From contig JBFWOZ010000030.1 in NCBI GenBank assembly GCA_050250255.1, positions 1 to 34,430 of the forward strand: a DNA stretch of 34,430 bases, in the 5' to 3' direction. Below the pieces are notes generated by a model, which worked only from the letters and a program-made list of their open reading frames with translations, had not been told where the DNA came from and did not search any database. Source of the stretch: Bdellovibrionales bacterium. Its GTDB lineage: Bacteria > Bdellovibrionota > Bdellovibrionia > Bdellovibrionales > DASUEL01. Made by a program: the position numbers and the translations under genes. Shown here piece after piece: positions 8,203-16,918 of the stretch; position 1 is the stretch's first letter, and each line of letters begins with the position of its first letter.

Positions 8203-9458
8203 GATTGATTGAGGGTTTGGAAAAAGGAGTAAACTTGTTTCGCTTGCAAGGCTTCGTTCATAGCTAGGCCAGCATGACTCGCACGAAACGCCTGGCCTTT
8301 TTGGGTTTTTAAAAAAGAAGCCCACTTCTCCGCCGTATCAAAGACCGTGAGGAGAGGAGAGGATTGAAGTTTGGGATCTAAACGCTCGACTGCTTTATGA
8401 TTCGCGAGCACAGGAACTCCCGAACCCAGAGCCTCCAAGATTTTCACTCTCACCCCGGCGGAGGTAAGATCCGGCACTAACAAGAAAGAAAGTTTCGCCC
8501 ACCACTCTTCCGTGTTTTCCACGAAACCATTTAATTTTACAAAGTCCAAAGGAGCCGCGAGCTCTTGAACTCGCTCAGGAAATTTCCCCACTTGAGAGAT
8601 CTCACCCGAAAACTGATTCTCTTTTAAAAGTGGTGCGACTCTTTCCAGAATCCATTTAAGACTTAAAAAGTTGGGTTCAAAATCTAAAGCTCCGATAAAT
8701 CCTAATACAAGCCCAGAACGAGAACCCTGCTCAGCGAAGACGGCCGAACGCTTGTGAAACAACTCTTCAGACATCGTTGGCCCCACAACTCGCTGTTTGG
8801 GAGCTTGAGAATTTCTTTTTGAATATTCACGTAAATCCGCATCGCTGATCTGCCAAATCTCATCAACGAATGTTCCAAGTTTGATTTCATTTTGAAAAAG
8901 TCGGTTAGACGTCACTTGATGAACAAAATTTTCAGGAGGACTACTCTGCTTCGCTCTTAAGGCAAAAAGATCACTTTCTAAATTATGAAAATGAACAATC
9001 TGCTTGCGAGCTTTCTTTACAGAACTCTTCAACCAACTGTAAGAAAAACTGTAGTGGTAAATTTCGATATCGACTGGCCCAAGTTGCTCACGCAAATCAT
9101 CGGACGGATCATAATAAAAAAGTTCAGGTGGCGTGAGGTCCGACATCACCGCTCTTAAAACGCGCTGCAATCGGCTTGGGGTAGATACGGATTCTTCAGA
9201 AATCAAAAAACCCATCCACTCTTTTTGTGTGCCCGAAAGCACGTTCCCCTGAGAAAAACTTGTGATGCGAAAATTTTGAAATTCCGCTGGCGAAGCTCGA
9301 AGATGTTTTTGAATTTCGTAAGGCGAAGTTTTCCAACTCACGACTTCAACCGCATGTCCAAAATCCCGAAGCGCATGCGCTTGATTGAGCATGACCTGCC
9401 AAGCCGCCTCTCGAAGAGGGAATGGGAAAAAGGGACAAAATAAACGCACATTCGCCAT
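8199..9458 (-). CDS. GT4 family glycosyltransferase
   Basis: HFHNLES, GFIGALDFEPN, GFVE, GVRVKILEALGSGVPV. Confidence 0.85.
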   Translation of the reverse strand: MANVRLFCPFFPFPLREAAWQVMLNQAHALRDFGHAVEVVSWKTSPYEIQKHLRASPAEFQNFRITSFSQGNVLSGTQKEWMGFLISEESVSTPSRLQRVLRAVMSDLTPPELFYYDPSDDLREQLGPVDIEIYHYSFSYSWLKSSVKKARKQIVHFHNLESDLFALRAKQSSPPENFVHQVTSNRLFQNEIKLGTFVDEIWQISDADLREYSKRNSQAPKQRVVGPTMSEELFHKRSAVFAEQGSRSGLVLGFIGALDFEPNFLSLKWILERVAPLLKENQFSGEISQVGKFPERVQELAAPLDFVKLNGFVENTEEWWAKLSFLLVPDLTSAGVRVKILEALGSGVPVLANHKAVERLDPKLQSSPLLTVFDTAEKWASFLKTQKGQAFRASHAGLAMNEALQAKQVYSFFQTLNQS

Positions 9459-9516
9459 GAAAAGAGAACATCATGGCCTACGGGAAAGATCAAGAATTGG
9501 GACTTAAGAAAACTCT

Positions 9517-11865
9517 TTAATGCTCCTCAGGGTATTCAGGATCCACTGTGGGTGCGCTATCCTGATATGTAGGAGGACTTGCCGGCGGAGCATCTGCACT
9601 TGCACTCCCCGTCCAATAAATTTGCAGATCCGCATCGTCGACAGACATATCAATGTAGAGAGTCGGAGGCACTCCATTCCCCCCTACTGTGAGCGTATAA
9701 GGAGAAGGAAAAGCGGGCACAATTTGAGTTGTAGGATGTGAGCCTCCTAACTCGGGGCCTAGATCTTTTCCATGCTTCGGTCCAATATTATAAGTGGCGG
9801 GATTAAATGGAACTGTCGGCATCAAGCGGGCATTTACGTTTACAAGGGATCGACCATGCCGATGTATATAAACATCTAAACGAATACTATAACTCTGATA
9901 TGGAGATCGATCAGGTGGCGCCATATGAAAGGCATTCCATGGATCTATGCTACAAGATCGACTATTTCCATGCATAGCACAGATAAAGGGCCCCATTCTA
10001 GGACCTGTCCAAGGGTCAGGGGGCGGCCTTGCTGCACAAGGCGGAGGTGTTCCATCAGAGCATAAACATGACGGAAGAGTGGGATCCGTAATACAAGTAG
10101 GACAATTATTAAATCCGGGCCCACAGGCATCAGGCTCACCACAAGAATTTGCAGCATACTCATCGCAATCCATCGTTGTTAAATCCACACTGGCGCAGTC
10201 ACATCCGGGAGAAGAAGGACCTACAGATTTTTTACCAGCGGTTCCGATCCCGCATACAGCTCCACACTGCCCTGGCACTGGCTGTCCCCAAGCGACACTC
10301 GAGGGATCAGGAGCTCCCGCACAACTGGGCTGTGTTCCTGTTCCGCAATTAGCACCACACTGCCCCGTCACCACTTGCCCACAAGGAACCCGCGATAAAT
10401 CAATGCCGGCACAGCTCGGCCCCTTGGTTCCTCCGCAAACATTTCTTCCGCAGTCGTCCACAAAATTTGTTCCTACACAAATATTGGCTGCCACAGCAGG
10501 ATCACAAAATGAGTGCGTCCCAGGCTCTGGGCAGTGACCATTTCCGCAATCATCATAGGGAACAACCCCAATGCCTCGAGAAAGCAGTGGCGGCATTGCA
10601 GGGTTGGTGCGTGTGTAATCAAAAGGAAGTGTGTCAGGATACGCATTCGGACAGTAAGTATTTAACGGTGGACACGTCGGTGTATGCACCATAAAGGTCG
10701 CCGAGCTTTCCGCCGATTCATTTCCATCGGCATCAACCGCTTTTATTTTATAATGGTGAGTTTGTGTTCCGGTATCAGGCATACCCATCATCGCCATCTG
10801 ACCCTGCATCGGCATATTGTAAGTCATTGATGTCGAATTCGGCGTCATCGCAAGAGTTCCCTGAACAGGCATATCGGGACAATTGTAGAAATGTCCCGCA
10901 GGGTCTGGCGGCTCAGCAGCTCCATCTTTTCGACATAAGAGAGCGACACCCGGCTCATTAGATTGAACATCCATATAGATGTTCTGCCATTCTGTTCCCG
11001 GGCCTCCAGCTGCCGTAATCTGCTGAACCGTTCGCAAGTCTGAACATCGGTTGGCGGTAATGGCTGTACCAAAACCGTTTCGCACATTCGCTACCGTTAA
11101 AGTTGGCGCTGATTTATTAATTGCATTAGCGATATCAATTTTTGCATTACAACTATTATTTTGCTCTCCAGGACCTGTGCATTGAAATTCTGCGGTCACT
11201 CGAATTTCCATCGTTGTTGTACCTGAAGTCGATGAACTGCCACAGGCTACAGCGGCATCTTTAATATAAAGTTTGAAATTGTTCGTGAAACTTTGGAATT
11301 GAAGATTCGCACTCTTCGGCAGCAGGTTCGCAAGCGCAGTTGGGGACAAGGTCATTCCACTGTCCAAACAAATCCCATTTGTGCGATAAGTATTGTAAAC
11401 CGTCTGAGCCCACGTAAAACTTCCACGAATATTTTGGTAGGTTTTGTAACTTGTAGGATCAACATATGGCTGACTATCAATATTCGTAAAAAGCGGAAAG
11501 CGGTCACACACGGGAGTACGCCCACCAACAGTATTACAAAAAGGATCGTTATCACTTTGACTTGTGCTCAACGGCGTAGCGGCGCTTGGAAGCCAAGTAC
11601 GAACTACAAGTGCATTATCAATGCTTTTAATATTATCGATGATATTTGTAACGGCGGATTGGCAAGTCGACACTCCACTTAAGCGAATGGAAGATATGAG
11701 AGAACCGGTAATCAATTTGAAGATCATGACAGACACCACACCCACCAGTGCGACGCTGATCAAAACTTCAATAATACCAAACCCACGATTATTGCGTTTT
11801 GGTCTCCCCACCCTCTTACATCCCATACCTCTATGAGACCATAATTTCTTAAGAATTAAAAGCAC
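9517..11865 (-). CDS. Large type IV pilin/pseudopilin-like protein with Cys-rich repeats
   Basis: Class III signal NNRG|FGIIEVLISVALVGVV (Glu at +5). Cys/Gly/Pro-rich repeat tract. Start is either GTG 11865 or ATG 11826. Confidence 0.75.
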   Translation of the reverse strand: MLLILKKLWSHRGMGCKRVGRPKRNNRGFGIIEVLISVALVGVVSVMIFKLITGSLISSIRLSGVSTCQSAVTNIIDNIKSIDNALVVRTWLPSAATPLSTSQSDNDPFCNTVGGRTPVCDRFPLFTNIDSQPYVDPTSYKTYQNIRGSFTWAQTVYNTYRTNGICLDSGMTLSPTALANLLPKSANLQFQSFTNNFKLYIKDAAVACGSSSTSGTTTMEIRVTAEFQCTGPGEQNNSCNAKIDIANAINKSAPTLTVANVRNGFGTAITANRCSDLRTVQQITAAGGPGTEWQNIYMDVQSNEPGVALLCRKDGAAEPPDPAGHFYNCPDMPVQGTLAMTPNSTSMTYNMPMQGQMAMMGMPDTGTQTHHYKIKAVDADGNESAESSATFMVHTPTCPPLNTYCPNAYPDTLPFDYTRTNPAMPPLLSRGIGVVPYDDCGNGHCPEPGTHSFCDPAVAANICVGTNFVDDCGRNVCGGTKGPSCAGIDLSRVPCGQVVTGQCGANCGTGTQPSCAGAPDPSSVAWGQPVPGQCGAVCGIGTAGKKSVGPSSPGCDCASVDLTTMDCDEYAANSCGEPDACGPGFNNCPTCITDPTLPSCLCSDGTPPPCAARPPPDPWTGPRMGPFICAMHGNSRSCSIDPWNAFHMAPPDRSPYQSYSIRLDVYIHRHGRSLVNVNARLMPTVPFNPATYNIGPKHGKDLGPELGGSHPTTQIVPAFPSPYTLTVGGNGVPPTLYIDMSVDDADLQIYWTGSASADAPPASPPTYQDSAPTVDPEYPEEH
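10100..10660 (-). repeat. About five degenerate ~30-aa Cys-rich protein repeats (C...C-G...D/Q-C-G-x-x-C-G-x-G-T)
   Basis: DDCGNGHCPEPGT / DDCGRNVCGGT / GQCGANCGTGT / GQCGAVCGIGT / NSCGEPDACGPG. Boundaries are approximate. Confidence 0.75.
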
Positions 11866-11897
11866 TTACCTTATAAGTGACTAGACTAATTAACACC

Positions 11898-11940
11898 CCT
11901 CTCAATTTGAGAAAACTTCCGCATTTCTCAAATTGAGACA
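11898..11940. promoter_or_regulatory. Tandem pair of TCTCA-N3-TGAGA palindromes (putative operator) upstream of the pilin-like gene
   Basis: CCTCTCAATTTGAGAAA (11898-11914) and TTTCTCAAATTGAGACA (11924-11940), 26 bp apart. No U-tract. Confidence 0.55.
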
Positions 11941-11951
11941 GGGAGTATAGC

Positions 11952-12335
11952 TTAGTCTAAACGGGTTTTGATTTTGTAGGTCGCTTTAGATCGGCAGATG
12001 CTGCCTTCGGTTTCGGAAATACAAGTGGGCTGACCACAGCTCACATGAATAATCTTGTTATCTTTATTCTCATCACGAAATTCTTTTTTCCAAGTGGCAC
12101 AAGCCTTTTTCCACTCTTCGCGGGCTTCCTTTTTGAGTGGCATGTGCTCACCGTCTATCGTATCTTCGCCTTTTTCTACTTCCCACTGAGATTCAGCAGA
12201 TTTTTTGCTTTTTTCGCCCTTTGTGATTTCAATCGTCGTTGTTTGCGACCCGTCCGGCTTCACATCACGCACGTCGACTGTTTGGGCCTGGGCGAAACTC
12301 ACAAGAGCGAGCGAAACTAAAAAAGAGGACAACAT
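11952..12335 (-). CDS. Small secreted hypothetical protein
   Basis: Signal peptide ending AQA, AAGGAG RBS, four Cys. Confidence 0.8.
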   Translation of the reverse strand: MLSSFLVSLALVSFAQAQTVDVRDVKPDGSQTTTIEITKGEKSKKSAESQWEVEKGEDTIDGEHMPLKKEAREEWKKACATWKKEFRDENKDNKIIHVSCGQPTCISETEGSICRSKATYKIKTRLD

Positions 12336-12350
12336 AGACTTCTCCTTGAT

Positions 12351-13286
12351 TTAAGAGTTTTTCTTTAAAAAAAGTTCTTTTTCGTTTTTTGTATACTGAT
12401 GTTTTAAAAATTCACGGGCATCTGCAAAACCAGCTCTCAAATATTTCAAACGATCCTTGAGATCCGCCACATTCCCGGCTCTTCGTAAGGGTAAAAGAAT
12501 TTCTTTGGCGACCACCGCCGTCATTCTTGGCCATTGCACAAACCAGGGGATTGAAAAATTATGTTGCCAAAAATAAAGATTATTTCTCGTAAAATAAAAA
12601 GCGTAATGACGTGCGGGAATGCGTGATTTCATGCTGAGCACGGTATGAAAAGCCTTCGATTTGGGTTCCACCCAAAGATCCCAGCCTTTTTGCTGAAGCT
12701 TCACACAGAGTTCGGTCTCTTCATAATACATGCGGTAGCGCGAAGGTAATCCGCCGACCTCTTCGTAAGCTTCTCGTCTCGCGAGCAGCGAACTTCCCGG
12801 AATATAAGACCACTTCGGAAGAACTCCGCCCTGCTCCCAAGGAATCATAGCCGTTGCTCCAAGCATTGGACTCACCACCCCTCGAGCGCCCCATACTTTT
12901 TTGCTGCGTCCGTGATGCACGGTAGGTCCGATAGCACCCACTCGCGGCTGTACGCTAAGCACTTGAACGAGTTTTTCGAGTGTGCCTTCTTCAATTTCCA
13001 AATCAGAATTGAGCATCCAGTAGGCGTCGGCTTCAAAATCTTTAAAGGCCTCAATGCCCGCAATCAGCCCGCTCGCGTATCCATGATTTTCTGGCACACG
13101 AAGAAGTTCCACGCCTGCTTTTTTTTGTTCTGATGAAAGTGTCACACGCTCATCGTTCCCGTTATCAACGTGTACGACTTTTAGTTCAAAAAGTCCCTGG
13201 TGGAATTGCATGAGCTGAAGCGAGAGAAGTTCGGCTTCTTTCTGTGTTCTAAAATCAATGATGAGAGCCAAAACCTTATGAATCAT
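12351..13286 (-). CDS. GT2 glycosyltransferase (WbbL/rhamnosyltransferase-like)
   Basis: VDNG, ENHGYASG, LNSDLE, GSSLL, MYYEETELC, YYF-like YFTRNN. Confidence 0.85.
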   Translation of the reverse strand: MIHKVLALIIDFRTQKEAELLSLQLMQFHQGLFELKVVHVDNGNDERVTLSSEQKKAGVELLRVPENHGYASGLIAGIEAFKDFEADAYWMLNSDLEIEEGTLEKLVQVLSVQPRVGAIGPTVHHGRSKKVWGARGVVSPMLGATAMIPWEQGGVLPKWSYIPGSSLLARREAYEEVGGLPSRYRMYYEETELCVKLQQKGWDLWVEPKSKAFHTVLSMKSRIPARHYAFYFTRNNLYFWQHNFSIPWFVQWPRMTAVVAKEILLPLRRAGNVADLKDRLKYLRAGFADAREFLKHQYTKNEKELFLKKNS

Positions 13287-13300
13287 TTTGTCCGCGTCCC

Positions 13301-15400
13301 TTAAGTAGGAACAACCTCGGGGGCCATTCGTGATGGCCTTCGCATTGGCAAGTGCCGCGATAAATACTCTTTATAAGTTTTTGGAATGTACGCCATATTG
13401 TACGAGTTATCGTAGTAATGGAGTCGTTCCGCACGGTACAAATCAGAAAGCACAAAAGGTTTCCCCTCTTCCACTTTCTTAAAGTAACGCTCGGCCACTT
13501 TTGCTGCCAAGATCAAACCATCAAGAAGATTCAAGTAATAATCTGTGAGTAAGAGATTGATCTGCTTAAACTCTTCATGACCTTCATAAGCATATTGGAA
13601 AAACGCTTCCAATTCTTTTCGACCAATATTCGGGATGATTTCAAATTTGGACGTGTGCTCTTTAGTATCAAAAACTCTCGCTCGGTCAGCGATGAACTTC
13701 GCATAGGCTTCAAGGTCATATTTGTTTTCACCGTAGAGGAAAAGCACCATCAAATCTTTTCCGTTACGAAAGTGTGCAAAGAAGTTCGAAGTCTGAGAAA
13801 ACGCAATTTGTCTGGCCGCCGTGATGTCATCAAAGCACGAAAGACCACTCTCGGTTACAAACTGGTAAGAGCGATTGTCTGTCGTGTCGGTCGCAAAACC
13901 CGCTTTCACCGAATAGTCGCCAAGTGGCGTTCCGGGAAATGGTGAGTAAAGGGAGTTCCAGTAATAATCTTCTTTCGCAAAGTTCGACCTACAAACGAGT
14001 TCCAAACATGTGAGAGATTCTTGGATTGGATCTTTGTAGAAACTTTCTAATTTTAATTCTAAGCCTGCTTTTTTGTCTTCTGCAGGTTCAAGAACCGGCA
14101 AACCCACAATCATTTGCGTACGTAAAGGAATGTCGACCGCCTTCACGTTTTTCACGGCATCAAGAATCACATCGTTATTTTCGTTCCGGCGTAGTAAATT
14201 CTTACGCACCTGAGGATCGCCCGACTCAATCGCCATAGAAATTCCGGCAACAAGACCTGACTTAGAAATAATCTCAATTCTTTTTTGTCCGCTCGTTCCG
14301 GCAAGCATGGCAGGACGCGCTTGAATGTAAAAAGGAATCTTGATCTGTTCGCCCCACTTCACACGGAGGTCTTCCCACCAAGTCATGTTGTTAAGTGAGA
14401 TATCCGCTTGATCAAAAACAGCGGCCGTTTTTGTGTTATAAAATTTGTCGAGAGCAATAATATCGTGGCCCTCTTTCAAAACCGTCTCGAGCGGACGATC
14501 CTGAATAATGCTTGGTGGAACAATGTTGGTCCCTTTGTAAGCATCTTTTAAGTTATTCGTGAGAGAACTCACGTAACAGTAAGAACACGAGTACGCGCAC
14601 CCAAGAGCTGTCAAAATCGATTTGATCGGGCTTGTGGCGTAACCTTTCGTATCGACTGTCGCTTCGTAAAAACCTTTACGATCTAAACGTGGAAGATTCG
14701 CGTAGGGCATGGGATCGTGATAAATGCCTGGCTGAAAAAGTCCTAGCAAAATATCACGGAACAAATTAATGCCTTTTCCACGTACGACGAACTCCGCTCC
14801 GCGGTCCCAAGATTCTTTAAAATTATAATTGTTGTAGTGACCACCGATGATGACTGGAGCGTAGAGAAGTTTGTTGCCACTCCAAATAGGGCCACGAGCT
14901 TCACGCACCATATTTTTTAAAAGCGTGTCGGCTTCTTCAAAACTCAATTTCTTGCCGGTGATTCTTGCGGCCGCATCGATCTTGTATTGGCGTAACCAAT
15001 CAAAAACGAAATCCGTTAAGCCCGTGTAAAGGCTGATGCCGAGCCAATGAGCGCCCGTTTTTTCAAGCATTTCGTTTGTCGTCGCAATGTTCTGGGAGCC
15101 CGTAAGGATGTAATCGGCTTTTCCGCCCATATCGCGCACGACTCCACCAAGCGACATGAGCGTGATGTTTTCGATTTCGCTCATATCATGGCCCATAAGG
15201 AGCACATGAGACTTAAAGTCAGGACGTTCGGATTTTAAAAATTGGTGATAAGCATCCCAGTCGGTCGTCACATGCTCTGGCAAATACATGGCGTTGAGGA
15301 ATTTACCCTGATCTTTTAATGTTGGAAGCTGAAACGTTCTTGGAAAACCTTGATAGTTCACCAACAAATCTTTTTTGGTGGGCAGAGCGATATCTGACAC
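13301..15400 (-). CDS. Radical SAM protein with N-terminal B12-binding-like domain and long C-terminal extension
   Basis: GCAYSCSYC (CxxxCxxC), AIESG, MIVGLP, PFPGTPL. N-terminal GISLYT / IIGGHY / FVVRGKG resemble cobalamin-binding domain motifs. GTG 15400 has a GGGGAG RBS; TTG 15424 is an alternative start. Confidence 0.8.
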   Translation of the reverse strand: MSDIALPTKKDLLVNYQGFPRTFQLPTLKDQGKFLNAMYLPEHVTTDWDAYHQFLKSERPDFKSHVLLMGHDMSEIENITLMSLGGVVRDMGGKADYILTGSQNIATTNEMLEKTGAHWLGISLYTGLTDFVFDWLRQYKIDAAARITGKKLSFEEADTLLKNMVREARGPIWSGNKLLYAPVIIGGHYNNYNFKESWDRGAEFVVRGKGINLFRDILLGLFQPGIYHDPMPYANLPRLDRKGFYEATVDTKGYATSPIKSILTALGCAYSCSYCYVSSLTNNLKDAYKGTNIVPPSIIQDRPLETVLKEGHDIIALDKFYNTKTAAVFDQADISLNNMTWWEDLRVKWGEQIKIPFYIQARPAMLAGTSGQKRIEIISKSGLVAGISMAIESGDPQVRKNLLRRNENNDVILDAVKNVKAVDIPLRTQMIVGLPVLEPAEDKKAGLELKLESFYKDPIQESLTCLELVCRSNFAKEDYYWNSLYSPFPGTPLGDYSVKAGFATDTTDNRSYQFVTESGLSCFDDITAARQIAFSQTSNFFAHFRNGKDLMVLFLYGENKYDLEAYAKFIADRARVFDTKEHTSKFEIIPNIGRKELEAFFQYAYEGHEEFKQINLLLTDYYLNLLDGLILAAKVAERYFKKVEEGKPFVLSDLYRAERLHYYDNSYNMAYIPKTYKEYLSRHLPMRRPSRMAPEVVPT

Positions 15401-15544
15401 GTGAGACTCCCCGTTTTGTTTCAAACAATATCCCTGTAAACAACACCCCCAGTCAAGCCTGGGTACCGAGTCAACCCCACATTCTGTAGGCTTTCTTTCC
15501 TTAGGGGCAAACCCTTTACTCCTCAGCTAGCAGCCCTCAAAGAA

Positions 15545-16642
15545 ATGATCTATACTTTCGTTATGTCGCCTAAAATTCTGTTCGTAAAACTTGGGGCTTT
15601 GGGAGATTTGAGCTTTGCCCTCCCCTCTGCCGAACTCTTCAAAAAAGTGTACCCTCAAGGGCATTTTACCTGGGCTGTGGGCCAATCGGTGCAGAGTTAT
15701 CTTCAGGGTCGGCCGGAGATCGATCGCCTGGTGATTGTGGATGATAAAAATTTGTTTTCGTCCAATCCTCTTAGGCGCGTTCAAGCCTGCCGTGATTTTA
15801 TTGCGCGCTTAGAGCCCGCATATGATCTCCTTGTCATTGCTCATAGAAACTTAGCCTACTCACTCCTTTTAAAAAGTTTCGTCAAAGGACCTATCTTTCA
15901 ACTCGCACGCGAAGAACACCCTTTCTTAGAAAAATTTGGAATCCACAGCATCATCGCAACTCCTCTTGAAACCCATGAAAGCGTCGGGATTGGGAATACT
16001 CTTCTCGCCGCGATGAGATCTCTAAAACCTACTAGCCCTCTTCCTTTGTGGAACGGAAAAATTCAAAGGGCCCAAGGATTTTCAGCGGGAAAATCGCCCA
16101 TTGTCTCAAATTTGCCTTCCGATTATCTCGTTTTACAAATGGGCGGAGCGGGTAATTTAAAAACAGAATTTCGTTTAAAAAGTTGGGCGCACTGGAAAGA
16201 TTTGGTGAAACTTCTGTTAGAAAAAACAGAACAAAATTTAGTTTTTATCGGAGCACCAAACGAAAAAACGGAAATCGAAGAGATTCTCTCTCAGTTCCCA
16301 ACAAATTCGCGGATCCATAACCTCACCGGAAAAACAAACTTTCACGAACTTGAGCACATTTTATCTCAAGCAAAAGGTGTCGTCGGCATTGATTCAGGCC
16401 CACTTCACATCGCCGACGCTCTTCGCGTTCCCACGCTCGGTATTTTCGGCCCTTCAAGCACAAAATCCTGGGGTTTTCTCGGCGAGCGCTCGCAAGCCCT
16501 CAAGCACTCCGTCCCCTGCTCCCCTTGCTATAAAGACGACGGCATTTTCCCCGAGTGCGCCTACCAACACCGCTGCATGACTGGCCTCAAACCCGAAGTG
16601 GTGCTTGAACAGATCGTGAAGAATTTTACTAAAAACACCTAG
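15545..16642 (+). CDS. GT9 (LPS heptosyltransferase-like) glycosyltransferase
   Basis: KLGALGDL, NLTGKT, GIDSGPLHIADAL, IFGPSS, CSPC...C...C tail. Confidence 0.9.
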   Translation: MIYTFVMSPKILFVKLGALGDLSFALPSAELFKKVYPQGHFTWAVGQSVQSYLQGRPEIDRLVIVDDKNLFSSNPLRRVQACRDFIARLEPAYDLLVIAHRNLAYSLLLKSFVKGPIFQLAREEHPFLEKFGIHSIIATPLETHESVGIGNTLLAAMRSLKPTSPLPLWNGKIQRAQGFSAGKSPIVSNLPSDYLVLQMGGAGNLKTEFRLKSWAHWKDLVKLLLEKTEQNLVFIGAPNEKTEIEEILSQFPTNSRIHNLTGKTNFHELEHILSQAKGVVGIDSGPLHIADALRVPTLGIFGPSSTKSWGFLGERSQALKHSVPCSPCYKDDGIFPECAYQHRCMTGLKPEVVLEQIVKNFTKNT

Positions 16643-16664
16643 TAAAAAATCAATTCATACTGCG

Positions 16665-16758
16665 TTTCTAGGATACAGGAATCCGGGAACACGGTATCCT
16701 GGAATAACTCCTGAATCCCTGTGTTCTTGGATTCCGGTATCCCAGAAAACCTGTATTA
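16665..16758. repeat. Imperfect 30-bp inverted repeat built of 8-nt tandem units
   Basis: 16665-16694 pairs with 16719-16748 at 25/30. Units: ctgaatcc/ctgtgttc/ttggattc/cggtatcc/cagaaaac/ctgtatta. Confidence 0.65.
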
Positions 16759-16823
16759 ATATAAAAAACATTTCATTTCTTCTTAAAAGCAAAGTTATTT
16801 TTAGTCATCCATCCATGGTCTTT

Positions 16824-16917
16824 ACTTTTCAAAATTCACTCATCCATGCGCTCAGCTACCTCACGAGCCTCGCGCCTTCGGCGCACCTCATGAGGATTGG
16901 GCCAAGTTTTGAAAAGT
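16824..16917 (-). other. Nested stem-loop element directly 3' of the HNH gene (REP-like element or structured RNA)
   Basis: Outer 11-bp perfect IR ACTTTTCAAAA/TTTTGAAAAGT. Inner 9-bp stem 16859-16867/16887-16895. Apical GCGCC-GAA-GGCGC on the minus strand. Confidence 0.6.
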
Positions 16918-16918
16918 T

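Noticed and set aside
9947..10537. 196-aa + strand ORF
   Set aside because: Antisense mirror of the Cys/Gly/Pro-rich pilin repeats.
15425..15544. Cobalamin or c-di-GMP riboswitch upstream of the radical SAM/GT9 genes (GGCAAACC seen)
   Set aside because: The region is short and the remaining conserved riboswitch elements could not be found.
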